This document shows, in pieces, positions 7,663 to 15,917 of a stretch of 28,940 nucleotides of DNA. Both the position numbers and the translations under genes were made by a program. The notes under the pieces were generated by a model. The model was not told the origin of the DNA, ran no database searches, and saw nothing but the letters and a program-made list of their open reading frames with translations. Origin of the DNA: a virus (lineage: Duplodnaviria > Caudoviricetes); the IMG/VR virus record IMGVR_UViG_3300021963_000507, positions 1-28,940 of that record; one strand, given 5' to 3'. Each line of letters begins with the position of its first letter. Positions within the stretch are counted from its first letter, which is position 1.

Positions 7663-7735
<73 letters not shown>

Positions 7736-7784
7736 CAAAAATAATTTTCTTTTGCTATGTTTTTCATAGCTTGTGTGTGTGATG

Positions 7785-7815
7785 AAGGGCTGGTTTTTAC
7801 CGGCCTTTCTCTTTT
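7785..7815 (+). terminator. Intrinsic terminator closing the RNA island
   Basis: AAGGGCTGGT-TTTT-ACCGGCCTTT hairpin followed by CTCTTTT. Confidence 0.7.
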
Positions 7816-7821
7816 ACAAAC

Positions 7822-7829
7822 TATTTATA
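7822..7829 (+). promoter_or_regulatory. Putative late promoter (TATTTATA)
   Basis: Directly after the terminator, about 30 nt before ATG 7859. Confidence 0.55.
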
Positions 7830-7858
7830 GTCAGTAACAACACATAACAACACTATCT

Positions 7859-8002
7859 ATGGCAAAGGCAAAAGTTAACACCGTTTCTGCATTCAAGAAG
7901 AAACCAAAAGTAAAGAGACCTGGGATTCATGCTAAAACTAAACAGAGCAAGAATAAGAACAGTAAGAACTACACAAAGGTGTATGTCGCACAGGGACATT
8001 AA
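7859..8002 (+). CDS. Small highly basic protein (47 aa), not in the ORF track
   Basis: MAKAKVNTVSAFKKKPKVKRPGIHAKTKQSKNKNSKNYTKVYVAQGH*. No acidic residues, preceded by its own promoter motif. Confidence 0.8.
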   Translation: MAKAKVNTVSAFKKKPKVKRPGIHAKTKQSKNKNSKNYTKVYVAQGH

Positions 8003-8127
8003 AATTATTTTCAATTATTTTTCCCAAACTGTTGGATTTCTGGTTTTTTTTCCTGATATTGTAAAGGTACAATAGTACAATTTAATACTCTAAACTTTAT
8101 TAATTAAAAATCAAAAACAAAAAAGTT

Positions 8128-8487
8128 ATGTTAACAGTAACAATTTCAATCGGAGCACTTTTAGCAGTAGGTGTTTTGGCTTATTTCAACTATGAGAATA
8201 AGAAACAAGCTGCGGACTACAAAGCTAAATTTGAATCTACTAGAGATTTTGCGGAAGAATCGGCTAAGACTATTCTCAAACTTGAGCAAAGAGGTAAAGA
8301 CCTTTCAAGTAGCATTGTCATGTTAAAAGCTGAAGTAGCTGCATTACAAGCAACTAAGGTTGTAAAACAAGAAACAGCAAACAAACCTGTGAATCCTCAA
8401 ATCACTGACGCTGTAACAGCAAATACTCCAAACAAGACGAATGGCAAGAAAAGAGGTCCAAAGCCAAATCGTCACAACAATAAGTAA
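8128..8487 (+). CDS. Membrane-anchored coiled-coil protein with basic tail
   Basis: N-terminal TM helix, heptad-like middle, C-terminal KKRGPKPNRH. A-rich leader. Confidence 0.7.
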   Translation: MLTVTISIGALLAVGVLAYFNYENKKQAADYKAKFESTRDFAEESAKTILKLEQRGKDLSSSIVMLKAEVAALQATKVVKQETANKPVNPQITDAVTANTPNKTNGKKRGPKPNRHNNK

Positions 8488-8490
8488 TAG

Positions 8491-8913
8491 ATGGGATGTT
8501 TTGAGAGTCTAGTTAAATCAAAGTTTTTAGCTAACGTCTCAAGCGAATTGAGTTTGGCTCGTCAGGCAATACGCTCGATGAGCCAAACCTTATTCCCGTC
8601 AATTTACTACGCGGATAAGCGTGATCAAAAAGCTCTTTACGATGAGTATGTGTTTCAATACTATATAATCGAAGAGATACGAGATACGCTGAATGAGTCT
8701 GTAGATCCGGATATGATATACTTTTTGCAGTATGATCATATGATGTGTTTATACAGCCTCAAAAGGAGTCAAGTAACCGATGCTGCAATGTATAACTATA
8801 ATATACATGGCTACATTCCAATTTATAGAGGTCGTCATAGGGTAGACGGCTTCACAATGTATACAGTTCTCTTTGACACTAGAATGTCACACATACCCTT
8901 CTCTCCAAATTAG
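8491..8913 (+). CDS. Hypothetical protein
   Basis: 140 aa ORF starting 3 nt after the previous stop. Confidence 0.65.
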   Translation: MGCFESLVKSKFLANVSSELSLARQAIRSMSQTLFPSIYYADKRDQKALYDEYVFQYYIIEEIRDTLNESVDPDMIYFLQYDHMMCLYSLKRSQVTDAAMYNYNIHGYIPIYRGRHRVDGFTMYTVLFDTRMSHIPFSPN

Positions 8914-8967
8914 CGTTGGATTTCTCTTTTTTTATTTGTATGGTTATACTTAGTAGAAAGTTACTTT

Positions 8968-9390
8968 ATGAGCAAAACATTAGAATGCAAAGTCTGCGGT
9001 ACATTTGTACATAACGTCGGTGATAGCGTTGTAGCTATTACTTGCCACGAATGTGTTTCAGATATGATGAGACAGTATGATGAACCGTTAAAGAAGAAAC
9101 AAGTTGCAGCTCAAGGTTATCCAAAGGGATGGCGCTTTATGAAGCAATTTGTACACGCAAATGGTACAGTCTACTTCAAGGGTGTAGAACAACCTGATCT
9201 GAAAGGGAAGTATGATGCTACACCAATAGTTGTTAAGCCTAAGAAGTCAAAAGCTCAGAAAGCTCAAGAGAAAGCTGATGCAATGAAGCGTTACTCAGAA
9301 CTAAAGAAACTCTTGAAGAAAGAAACTCGTAAAGGAGCTACTAAGAAAATTGAAAGTGAATTAAAAAGGTTACAAAAACAAATATCATGA
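8968..9390 (+). CDS. Zinc-ribbon protein with basic C-terminal helices
   Basis: CKVC-x15-CHEC, PKGWRFMKQFVH segment, Lys-rich tail. Confidence 0.7.
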   Translation: MSKTLECKVCGTFVHNVGDSVVAITCHECVSDMMRQYDEPLKKKQVAAQGYPKGWRFMKQFVHANGTVYFKGVEQPDLKGKYDATPIVVKPKKSKAQKAQEKADAMKRYSELKKLLKKETRKGATKKIESELKRLQKQIS

Positions 9391-10142
9391 ATCTAACAGC
9401 AGAACAGTTACAGCAAAACTACGATGAGCTTATTGGCTATATCGATAGTTACATCAAAGGAGATAGAAAAGAATCTCTAAAACAATTATATACAGATCAC
9501 GCAGAGCGTCTTATGCTTATGCCTGCATCTAGTATTGATCATCACCACAATGCATTCCCAGGTGGTTATGTAGATCACGTTAATCGTGTTATCAAGTGCG
9601 CTTTGAGTTTGAAAGAGTTATGGTCATCTATGGGCGCCTACATTAACTACTCAGAAGAGGAGTTAGTGTTTGCAGCAATGAATCATGACTTGGGTAAAAT
9701 TGGTACAGAAGAAGCTGAGCAGTATATTCCAAATGACTCTGATTGGCATCGTAAGAATTTAGGTAGAATGTATAAGTACAATCCTGAAAATGCATTTATG
9801 CCAGTACCTGATAGAAGTTTATTCTTATTACAGCAGAGAGGTATTCCAGTAAGCTTTAACGAGTATGTTGCTATTAAGACGCATGATGGATTGTATGATG
9901 AGGGTAATCGTCCTTACTACATCTCTAATAGTCGTGAGTCTAAGTTAAGATCAAATTTACCAATCTTACTACATCACGCTGATCATATGGCATCGCGTAT
10001 TGAGTTTGAGATGTGGGATAGAAATAACGAAGGCTCATCAAAACCAGTAACATCTGAGAAGAGAAAGCCAACAATCCCAACCGATATGTCAGAATCTCAA
10101 AAAGACGATCTGATGAATGTATTTAATAACTTATTCAAATAA
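9387..10142 (+). CDS. HD-domain phosphohydrolase (YhaM-like HD region, no OB fold)
   Basis: PASS..HHH.AFPGGYVDH, HDLGKIG, AIKTHDG, LLHHADHMAS. Confidence 0.85.
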   Translation: MNLTAEQLQQNYDELIGYIDSYIKGDRKESLKQLYTDHAERLMLMPASSIDHHHNAFPGGYVDHVNRVIKCALSLKELWSSMGAYINYSEEELVFAAMNHDLGKIGTEEAEQYIPNDSDWHRKNLGRMYKYNPENAFMPVPDRSLFLLQQRGIPVSFNEYVAIKTHDGLYDEGNRPYYISNSRESKLRSNLPILLHHADHMASRIEFEMWDRNNEGSSKPVTSEKRKPTIPTDMSESQKDDLMNVFNNLFK

Positions 10143-10147
10143 TAAAC

Positions 10148-10462
10148 ATGGTTACAGCAGTAATAGTATTCCTACTGATCCTAGTAGGTATTCTGGGTTA
10201 TTTAACTTATATTAACTATAAGCGCGCAGAAAAGGCTGAAGACTACTGCGAAGCTTATGTTAGATTTATCTCGGCGTTGTATTTTCGCTTTTACGATACT
10301 AGAGATCGTATGAAGGAAATAGATAGACTTGGAGCTTTCCAAGCTGATGATGAGGTGGGTGTAATATTTAGAGAATTAGACGAATCAATCGAAAACCTTT
10401 ATGATTTCATTACAAAGTATGTCAACACAGAAACCGAAGAAGACAAGAAAGCCAAAGACTAA
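10148..10462 (+). CDS. Small membrane-anchored hypothetical protein
   Basis: N-terminal TM helix, then IDRLGAFQADDEVG. Confidence 0.7.
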   Translation: MVTAVIVFLLILVGILGYLTYINYKRAEKAEDYCEAYVRFISALYFRFYDTRDRMKEIDRLGAFQADDEVGVIFRELDESIENLYDFITKYVNTETEEDKKAKD

Positions 10463-11144
10463 GCGATTATATTTCGGACCTGAAGTTGATATTAGTATCG
10501 TTAAATACAATAGTACAGAAGACGATTTTGAGCGCAGCTTAATTTACCAGAACGAAATAAAAGCAGCTTTTGAAAAATTAGTAGAAAACATTATTCACAC
10601 TTTTAAATTCTACTACACGGATGGGCAAACTATCCAACAAATGCAACACGAAGTAGTTAGCTTCTTAGTAGAGAAGCTTCCTAAGTTTAAGCAAAACAAT
10701 GGAAAAGCGTTTAGCTATTTTAGCATTGTTGCTAAAAACTATTGCATTCTCAAAAACAAAAACAACTATAAGAAGTTAACTAGTCACGATCGCATTGACT
10801 TATCTTCAGAAATTAATTTAGAGGCTATTCCGGATTCAGAAGATCATGAAGCTAATCTAATCGAGTTTGTTGATAAGTTTGTTAGTTACTGGGATGATAA
10901 TTTAGAATCCATATTCAGCAAAAAGAACGATCGAATATTAGCTGGAGCTATTGTAGAGTTGTTTCGTAAGAGAGAGAAGATTGAATTGTTTAATAAGAAA
11001 GCTTTGTACATCTACATACGAGAAATGACTGATGCAAATACTCAGCAAATAACGAAGATGGTTAAGATTATGAAGGATAAGTATAAAGCTATGTATATGG
11101 ATTATCTGACTTATGGGTCAATCCAAAAAGATAGGTTGTACTAA
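10419..11144 (+). CDS. Phage sigma-like transcription factor (T4 gp55-like late sigma)
   Basis: Region-2-like segment EKLVENII...HEVVSFLVEKLPKF....GKAFSYFSIVAKNY, compare the F.YF motif of gp55. Lies just before the late module. Start likely ATG 10419. Confidence 0.6.
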   Translation: MSTQKPKKTRKPKTKRLYFGPEVDISIVKYNSTEDDFERSLIYQNEIKAAFEKLVENIIHTFKFYYTDGQTIQQMQHEVVSFLVEKLPKFKQNNGKAFSYFSIVAKNYCILKNKNNYKKLTSHDRIDLSSEINLEAIPDSEDHEANLIEFVDKFVSYWDDNLESIFSKKNDRILAGAIVELFRKREKIELFNKKALYIYIREMTDANTQQITKMVKIMKDKYKAMYMDYLTYGSIQKDRLY

Positions 11145-11392
11145 TGTTAGTAGTATTCTCAAAGGAAAAGTTACAGTCAGTATTAGAAGAAGAAATCAAA
11201 TGTTGGGAAAGCGTTAGTGGTGGTCCAAACCTTAACGCTTTTTCTTTTGATCCAAAAACAACTGACCCACAGCAGCTTAAGGATCTTGGTTACTATGAAG
11301 ATCGAGAAGCTTGGATTGCAGGAGCTCGTATAAAGGAGTTACGAGCGTTTATAGCTGAGTTAGACGAACTTCCTCAATTCACAGGCAGATAA
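11144..11392 (+). CDS. Hypothetical protein
   Basis: 82 aa ORF with TAATG stop/start overlap. Confidence 0.65.
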   Translation: MLVVFSKEKLQSVLEEEIKCWESVSGGPNLNAFSFDPKTTDPQQLKDLGYYEDREAWIAGARIKELRAFIAELDELPQFTGR

Positions 11393-11409
11393 CAATTTAG
11401 CTTTCTAGC

Positions 11410-11424
11410 TATTTATTAGAAACA
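11410..11424 (+). promoter_or_regulatory. Putative late promoter
   Basis: TATTTATTAGAAACA, identical to 25864-25878. Heads the baseplate operon. Confidence 0.65.
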
Positions 11425-11429
11425 AGTTT

Positions 11430-11774
11430 ATGGATAAGGATAGTTTACTGTTTGACGATAAGTCCTTTAGCGACTTACTCAGAGATGTGTATAATAACAC
11501 GAAGAAGAAAGAAACACAGATCAATGGTCTTATCGATCAGCTTAAGCCATTGATTAAGAATATGACTGATGCATCTTTAATGGTACCTCTTATTAAGGAG
11601 TACTTGGAGATATCGGTTAAGAATGATGATAACCTAGTGAGATTAACAGCAATTATTCAGCGTCTACTGGTTGTAGGAGCTAAGTCTGAAAAAGGTGATG
11701 AGTTGGGTTTATCTGAAGCAGAGCGCGCACAATTGTTACAAGAAGCACAAACAATATTAGACGAAACTAAGTAA
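11430..11774 (+). CDS. Helical hypothetical protein, first gene of the late operon
   Basis: 114 aa, coiled-coil pattern, VPLIKEYLEISVKNDD. Confidence 0.7.
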   Translation: MDKDSLLFDDKSFSDLLRDVYNNTKKKETQINGLIDQLKPLIKNMTDASLMVPLIKEYLEISVKNDDNLVRLTAIIQRLLVVGAKSEKGDELGLSEAERAQLLQEAQTILDETK

Positions 11775-12778
11775 TGTCATTCTTTAAAGATTTAGGCGGA
11801 TTATATACTGGTCACCAGACAGGAAGGGAAAATAGCTTACAACAGCTAAAAACCTTTCCGGGTCATGTTATGGAGGTTTGTATGGATAGTAATTCGCCAT
11901 TATACGAATCTACTAGAGACATTGGTAAAATTAAGTTTCGTGACCTAGTAAACGAATACAATAGATCAGAGGATCTTGTTGTTAAGGTTGCGTATCCGTT
12001 AGATAGATCGATTGCTCGATACCCATATCCAGGTGAGGAAGTAATCATTTATAGAGCTTTTGGAGAAACTACATCACCACTGACTAGAACGATGGTTAAC
12101 ATCTACTTCTATTCTTTTGTTGTGAGTGCACTCCACAACCCATCATTCAATGCTCATCCATTTATTGGAACGGATAAGTATCATATAGATAAGACGAATC
12201 CATTTATATCATACGATACAGCTAAGAAGCGTTTTGATAAACGTATCAAAGAAATTGGTTCTGTAAAAGAGAATGGTGACAAGATTAAAGTCTATAAACA
12301 ACTAAAACCCTATGAAGGAGACTTTATTCTTCAAGGTCGTTTTGGTAACTCAATTCGTTTTGGATCAACTTCGCAAAAGGAAGATAACGCATGGAAGCAG
12401 TCTGGCTTGAATGGTGATGGTATAATGATCCTACGAGTTGACAGAGATAGTACTACTAATGAAAAGGATATGCTCGTAGCTGAGGATATTAATAAAGATG
12501 ATACATCAATGTATTTCTGTACAGCACAGAAGGTTGAATTAGAATTAGCTTGCTCGCCAGCATTAAAGACTTGGATATATAATTTTGACGTTCCTGATAA
12601 AGGGTCTAAAGAAATGGAAAAACTTCTGAATAGAGATTCTGACACCTCTGGATTATGGCAAAAAGCTGTTGAGACTAATAAGCCAGTTACTGAAGCATAT
12701 CAAACACCTAAAAATGATGGCGTACCGTTAGAGCCAACTCCAACTACACCAGCACCTAATACAACAACGCAACAATAA
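11774..12778 (+). CDS. Baseplate hub/spike (gp5/VgrG-like), N-terminal part
   Basis: OB-fold-like V.EV...IGKIKF...YPYPGEEVII, followed by EGDFILQGRFGNSIRFGS beta-repeat start. Baseplate context. Confidence 0.55.
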   Translation: MSFFKDLGGLYTGHQTGRENSLQQLKTFPGHVMEVCMDSNSPLYESTRDIGKIKFRDLVNEYNRSEDLVVKVAYPLDRSIARYPYPGEEVIIYRAFGETTSPLTRTMVNIYFYSFVVSALHNPSFNAHPFIGTDKYHIDKTNPFISYDTAKKRFDKRIKEIGSVKENGDKIKVYKQLKPYEGDFILQGRFGNSIRFGSTSQKEDNAWKQSGLNGDGIMILRVDRDSTTNEKDMLVAEDINKDDTSMYFCTAQKVELELACSPALKTWIYNFDVPDKGSKEMEKLLNRDSDTSGLWQKAVETNKPVTEAYQTPKNDGVPLEPTPTTPAPNTTTQQ

Positions 12779-12779
12779 T

Positions 12780-13706
12780 ATGGCATATACTACACCACCA
12801 TCAGTTAGCCCATCTTTAAAAGGTGATCTAGACTCTTTTGTAAATGTCGTAAATGCTAACGCAGCAGCGATACAAGAAAAACTATTGTTCAAAGGTATTC
12901 AAAACTCTGGCATAACTCCAAAGATTAGTTTACCGCCACTGATTCAGTTGGTAAATAAGATACTCATACCAACCGTATTACGTTGGGAGGGTACTTGGGC
13001 AGACCATCCAAAAGATCCTGGAGGCTCCACTATGAGAGGTGTTACTCTTAATACATTTGTAGATAGTTTTAATTATCTATTCATTAGTACAGAAGTCCCT
13101 CAAGTAAAAACTGCAGCAGAAGCTTTAAATAAAAAATACAACAATTGGAAAACAGATAACTCAAAAGCTAAGCAGTTTCTGTATACAATATGTAGTAGTG
13201 AGTTGGTAATGGCTATATTCTTCTCAGGCTATTTATGTAATGAAAATTGCCGATACCCAATAGCTGTAATGTCTGAGGATCCATTCTTAGGTTATTTTTT
13301 AGGTAATGGATGTTGGTGGACTGGTGCATCAGTATATGATACATCTCACTTTGATGAAGCAGCAAAAAAGATGGGATGGAGTGGTAATGCGAGTAAGTGG
13401 GCATCGTGGATACAGAGTTTAGGAAACAAGACACCAGAGCTTGCAACAAAGTTTTTAGTTGGTAGATGTAATCGTTTATTAGCAATTACTAGTGATAAAG
13501 GAAGTCCAGGACCTGATTTTAGAAACGGTTTTATGAATCGTTTGCTAAACGATGATAAGGATTCTGATTTGATGGTGTTGGTAAAGGTTAATGAGTTATT
13601 CAATCTTAACGCAGGAAACACATTCCAATTATCTCCAGCTGAATTAGAGCATTTAAAGGTCAAAGCTGAAATCTATAAAACATTGTCAATAGAATTTCCA
13701 GTATAA
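12780..13706 (+). CDS. Glycoside hydrolase family 108 muramidase, probably virion-associated
   Basis: VLRWEGTWADHPKDPGGSTMRGVT matches the GH108 EGG..HP.DPGG.T..GIT motif. FRNGFMNRL matches F..GW.NR. Confidence 0.75.
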   Translation: MAYTTPPSVSPSLKGDLDSFVNVVNANAAAIQEKLLFKGIQNSGITPKISLPPLIQLVNKILIPTVLRWEGTWADHPKDPGGSTMRGVTLNTFVDSFNYLFISTEVPQVKTAAEALNKKYNNWKTDNSKAKQFLYTICSSELVMAIFFSGYLCNENCRYPIAVMSEDPFLGYFLGNGCWWTGASVYDTSHFDEAAKKMGWSGNASKWASWIQSLGNKTPELATKFLVGRCNRLLAITSDKGSPGPDFRNGFMNRLLNDDKDSDLMVLVKVNELFNLNAGNTFQLSPAELEHLKVKAEIYKTLSIEFPV

Positions 13707-14608
13707 TGAAAGTAACGTACGATCAGTTAAAACAAAAGCTTAGCAGCGCTGGTGGATTAACTCCACCAAACCAAGGCGGTGTACCACCAGGTACTCCAAT
13801 CACTGGTACATTTACTGGTACTGTTACTATTGAAGTACCACAACTGCCAAAGATTGAGTTTCCAATGGAGGACTATACCTACTCATCAAATTTAGAGTCG
13901 GGTGTTGCTCAAGACATTAATAAGTTGTTAGGTTTATCTGGAAATGATAAGGGTAGAAAAAATAACTATGCAGGAAGTCAGTTACTCATTAACTCAGATC
14001 GAATCATTTTAAATTCTAGGAATGACTATTTAATGTTATTTGGTCAGTCTGGAGTTGCAATATCATCACCAGGAAATGTCAATATTGATGCAGGAGATGG
14101 TGTTACTTTGTATGGTGAGGACGGAGTATTCTTGGGTGTACCTGGAAAGGGTGACACAAAAGACAAAAACAAAAAACCACCAAAAAACAAAGCACAAGCT
14201 ACTTTAGATAATGAGTATGAGCCAGTCGTGTTAGGTACAAAGCTAGCAAATCTCATTGAAGACTTGCTTGTTGTGTTAAAAAATGCTACAATACTGACAC
14301 CAGTTGGTAAGGGTTATTTTAGAGAAGATGTGATGTACGAGTTTGCATCATTACAAGCTCGTATTCCAGAGATATTAAGTACATTTGCTTTTGTTGATGG
14401 TATTAGTCATGAGGGTGTTGATCCAGAACCAGAGGCGCCAAAAACCGTAACCGAACCACCTACAACATTAGTTGGTACGGTAACTGGAACATTCACCGGT
14501 ACTACGGGTCCTGTAGATCCAAATGCACCATCAACAACTGTCACGAATCCGCTAGCGGATCAACCAGACTTTTTTGATACCGAAACTTTATACGGAGACA
14601 CACTATAA
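13706..14608 (+). CDS. Baseplate spike (gp5-like), C-terminal beta-helix part
   Basis: Short beta repeats QLLINSDRIILNSRNDYLMLFGQSGVAISSPGNVNIDAG, then EPVVLGTKLANLI. Confidence 0.55.
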   Translation: MKVTYDQLKQKLSSAGGLTPPNQGGVPPGTPITGTFTGTVTIEVPQLPKIEFPMEDYTYSSNLESGVAQDINKLLGLSGNDKGRKNNYAGSQLLINSDRIILNSRNDYLMLFGQSGVAISSPGNVNIDAGDGVTLYGEDGVFLGVPGKGDTKDKNKKPPKNKAQATLDNEYEPVVLGTKLANLIEDLLVVLKNATILTPVGKGYFREDVMYEFASLQARIPEILSTFAFVDGISHEGVDPEPEAPKTVTEPPTTLVGTVTGTFTGTTGPVDPNAPSTTVTNPLADQPDFFDTETLYGDTL

Positions 14609-14609
14609 T

Positions 14610-15917
14610 ATGGGAAGTTTAAAAGATAGAGTATATCAGATACAGCAGGCAATTGTCCTGCAAGAGGCTTATGATAAATACCAACTCTTAGTAGGTGCTT
14701 TGCAAGTGGATAAAGGTATTGCACTAACCATGGAGCAGAGTTATATGTCTAAATTTGATGTTGCAGATGAATTACGAAAATTTGTAAAAGATAAGACAAA
14801 TAAACCACCTGCAGAGATTAAGCCGTTACTGGATCCAGCAAAAACAATAACAGATATTGTTAAGGAGGGTAACTTTGATAAGTTGCAGGCTTATCTGGAT
14901 AACTTGCTACCTGCTGAATATGAACCACCAATTCAATCACCATTCAAATCAGCTAGTGGTATAGACGTTATTCCATTACCAAATAAGACATCACGAGATC
15001 CAAGACGAACAGGTCGTGTAATAAAGCCAGGGCCAGTAGATGTATTAAAGGGTACTGAGATTCAAAAGTGGTTAATTAACAACAGTGTACTTTATGGATT
15101 TGTTCCATATGCTGATAACGCATTGTATTATATTGGTGTTGATCAAATTAAAAACCAATTGAAGTCAGCCGGAGATAAGGAAGCTGAACTAAAAAAAATT
15201 ATAGGTAAGTTTCTTAAAAGTGCGAGTGCGTTATCACAACTGTCACTCACAGCTCAGAAGGTTATTGAGAACAAACTACCAGATGCTAGTAACTTCCCAG
15301 ATCCAGGTAACTTAGAGTCAATTCCAAATCACAATGTAAAAAATAACGATGGTAAGATTTTAGACTTAGTTGTTGTGAGTGGTCAACCAGTATGGCGTCC
15401 GGTTGCACTAGCGTATTTAGCAATGGCAGCCGAAGCTAAAAAAGCAGGTATAACGCTAGCAATTAACTCAGGCTTTAGACCTGCTTTTGGTGCTAACGTC
15501 AAAGCTATAACATCAAAAGGAAACACACAAACGCTTACAACTCAAGAAACTTTAAGACGACAAAAAAGTCGTTGGGTTGGACGAAGTAGTTTTCAAGGTA
15601 GTGATGAAGATTTTGTATTCAAAGCCGGTTCAAGCAAATACCATCCAGAAACAGCACCTCCAGGATCTTCTAATCACGGTAGTGGTATAGCATTAGATTT
15701 GAATGTTGGAGGTCGTAATGTCTTTCAACAATTGAATACAGCTAACTACGTGTGGTTGTGTAAAAACGCTCATAAGTTTGGGTTCGTTAGAACTACAGCT
15801 TCAGAGGAGTGGCATTGGGAGTATCTTCCACAAAAAGCTGTAAAAGGTCCGTACGCTGTACTGACAGGTAAACAAAAATTTTATGCCGATCTTGGTTTGA
15901 ATAATCTGACAGTATAA
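14610..15917 (+). CDS. M15B (VanY-like) zinc peptidase, probable virion peptidoglycan hydrolase
   Basis: INSGFR, APPGSSNHGSGIALD (SxHxxGxAxD), WL.KNAHKFGF, EEWHWEY. Start likely ATG 14610. Confidence 0.85.
   Translation: MGSLKDRVYQIQQAIVLQEAYDKYQLLVGALQVDKGIALTMEQSYMSKFDVADELRKFVKDKTNKPPAEIKPLLDPAKTITDIVKEGNFDKLQAYLDNLLPAEYEPPIQSPFKSASGIDVIPLPNKTSRDPRRTGRVIKPGPVDVLKGTEIQKWLINNSVLYGFVPYADNALYYIGVDQIKNQLKSAGDKEAELKKIIGKFLKSASALSQLSLTAQKVIENKLPDASNFPDPGNLESIPNHNVKNNDGKILDLVVVSGQPVWRPVALAYLAMAAEAKKAGITLAINSGFRPAFGANVKAITSKGNTQTLTTQETLRRQKSRWVGRSSFQGSDEDFVFKAGSSKYHPETAPPGSSNHGSGIALDLNVGGRNVFQQLNTANYVWLCKNAHKFGFVRTTASEEWHWEYLPQKAVKGPYAVLTGKQKFYADLGLNNLTV

Noticed and set aside
7754-7780. Hairpin GCTATG-TTTTT-CATAGC and a short TG run after the tRNA
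   Set aside because: Too short and weak to call. It may be a tRNA trailer processing structure, but nothing supports that.
11430-11774. Small terminase subunit
   Set aside because: Size and helicity fit, but there is no diagnostic motif and no large terminase in the window.
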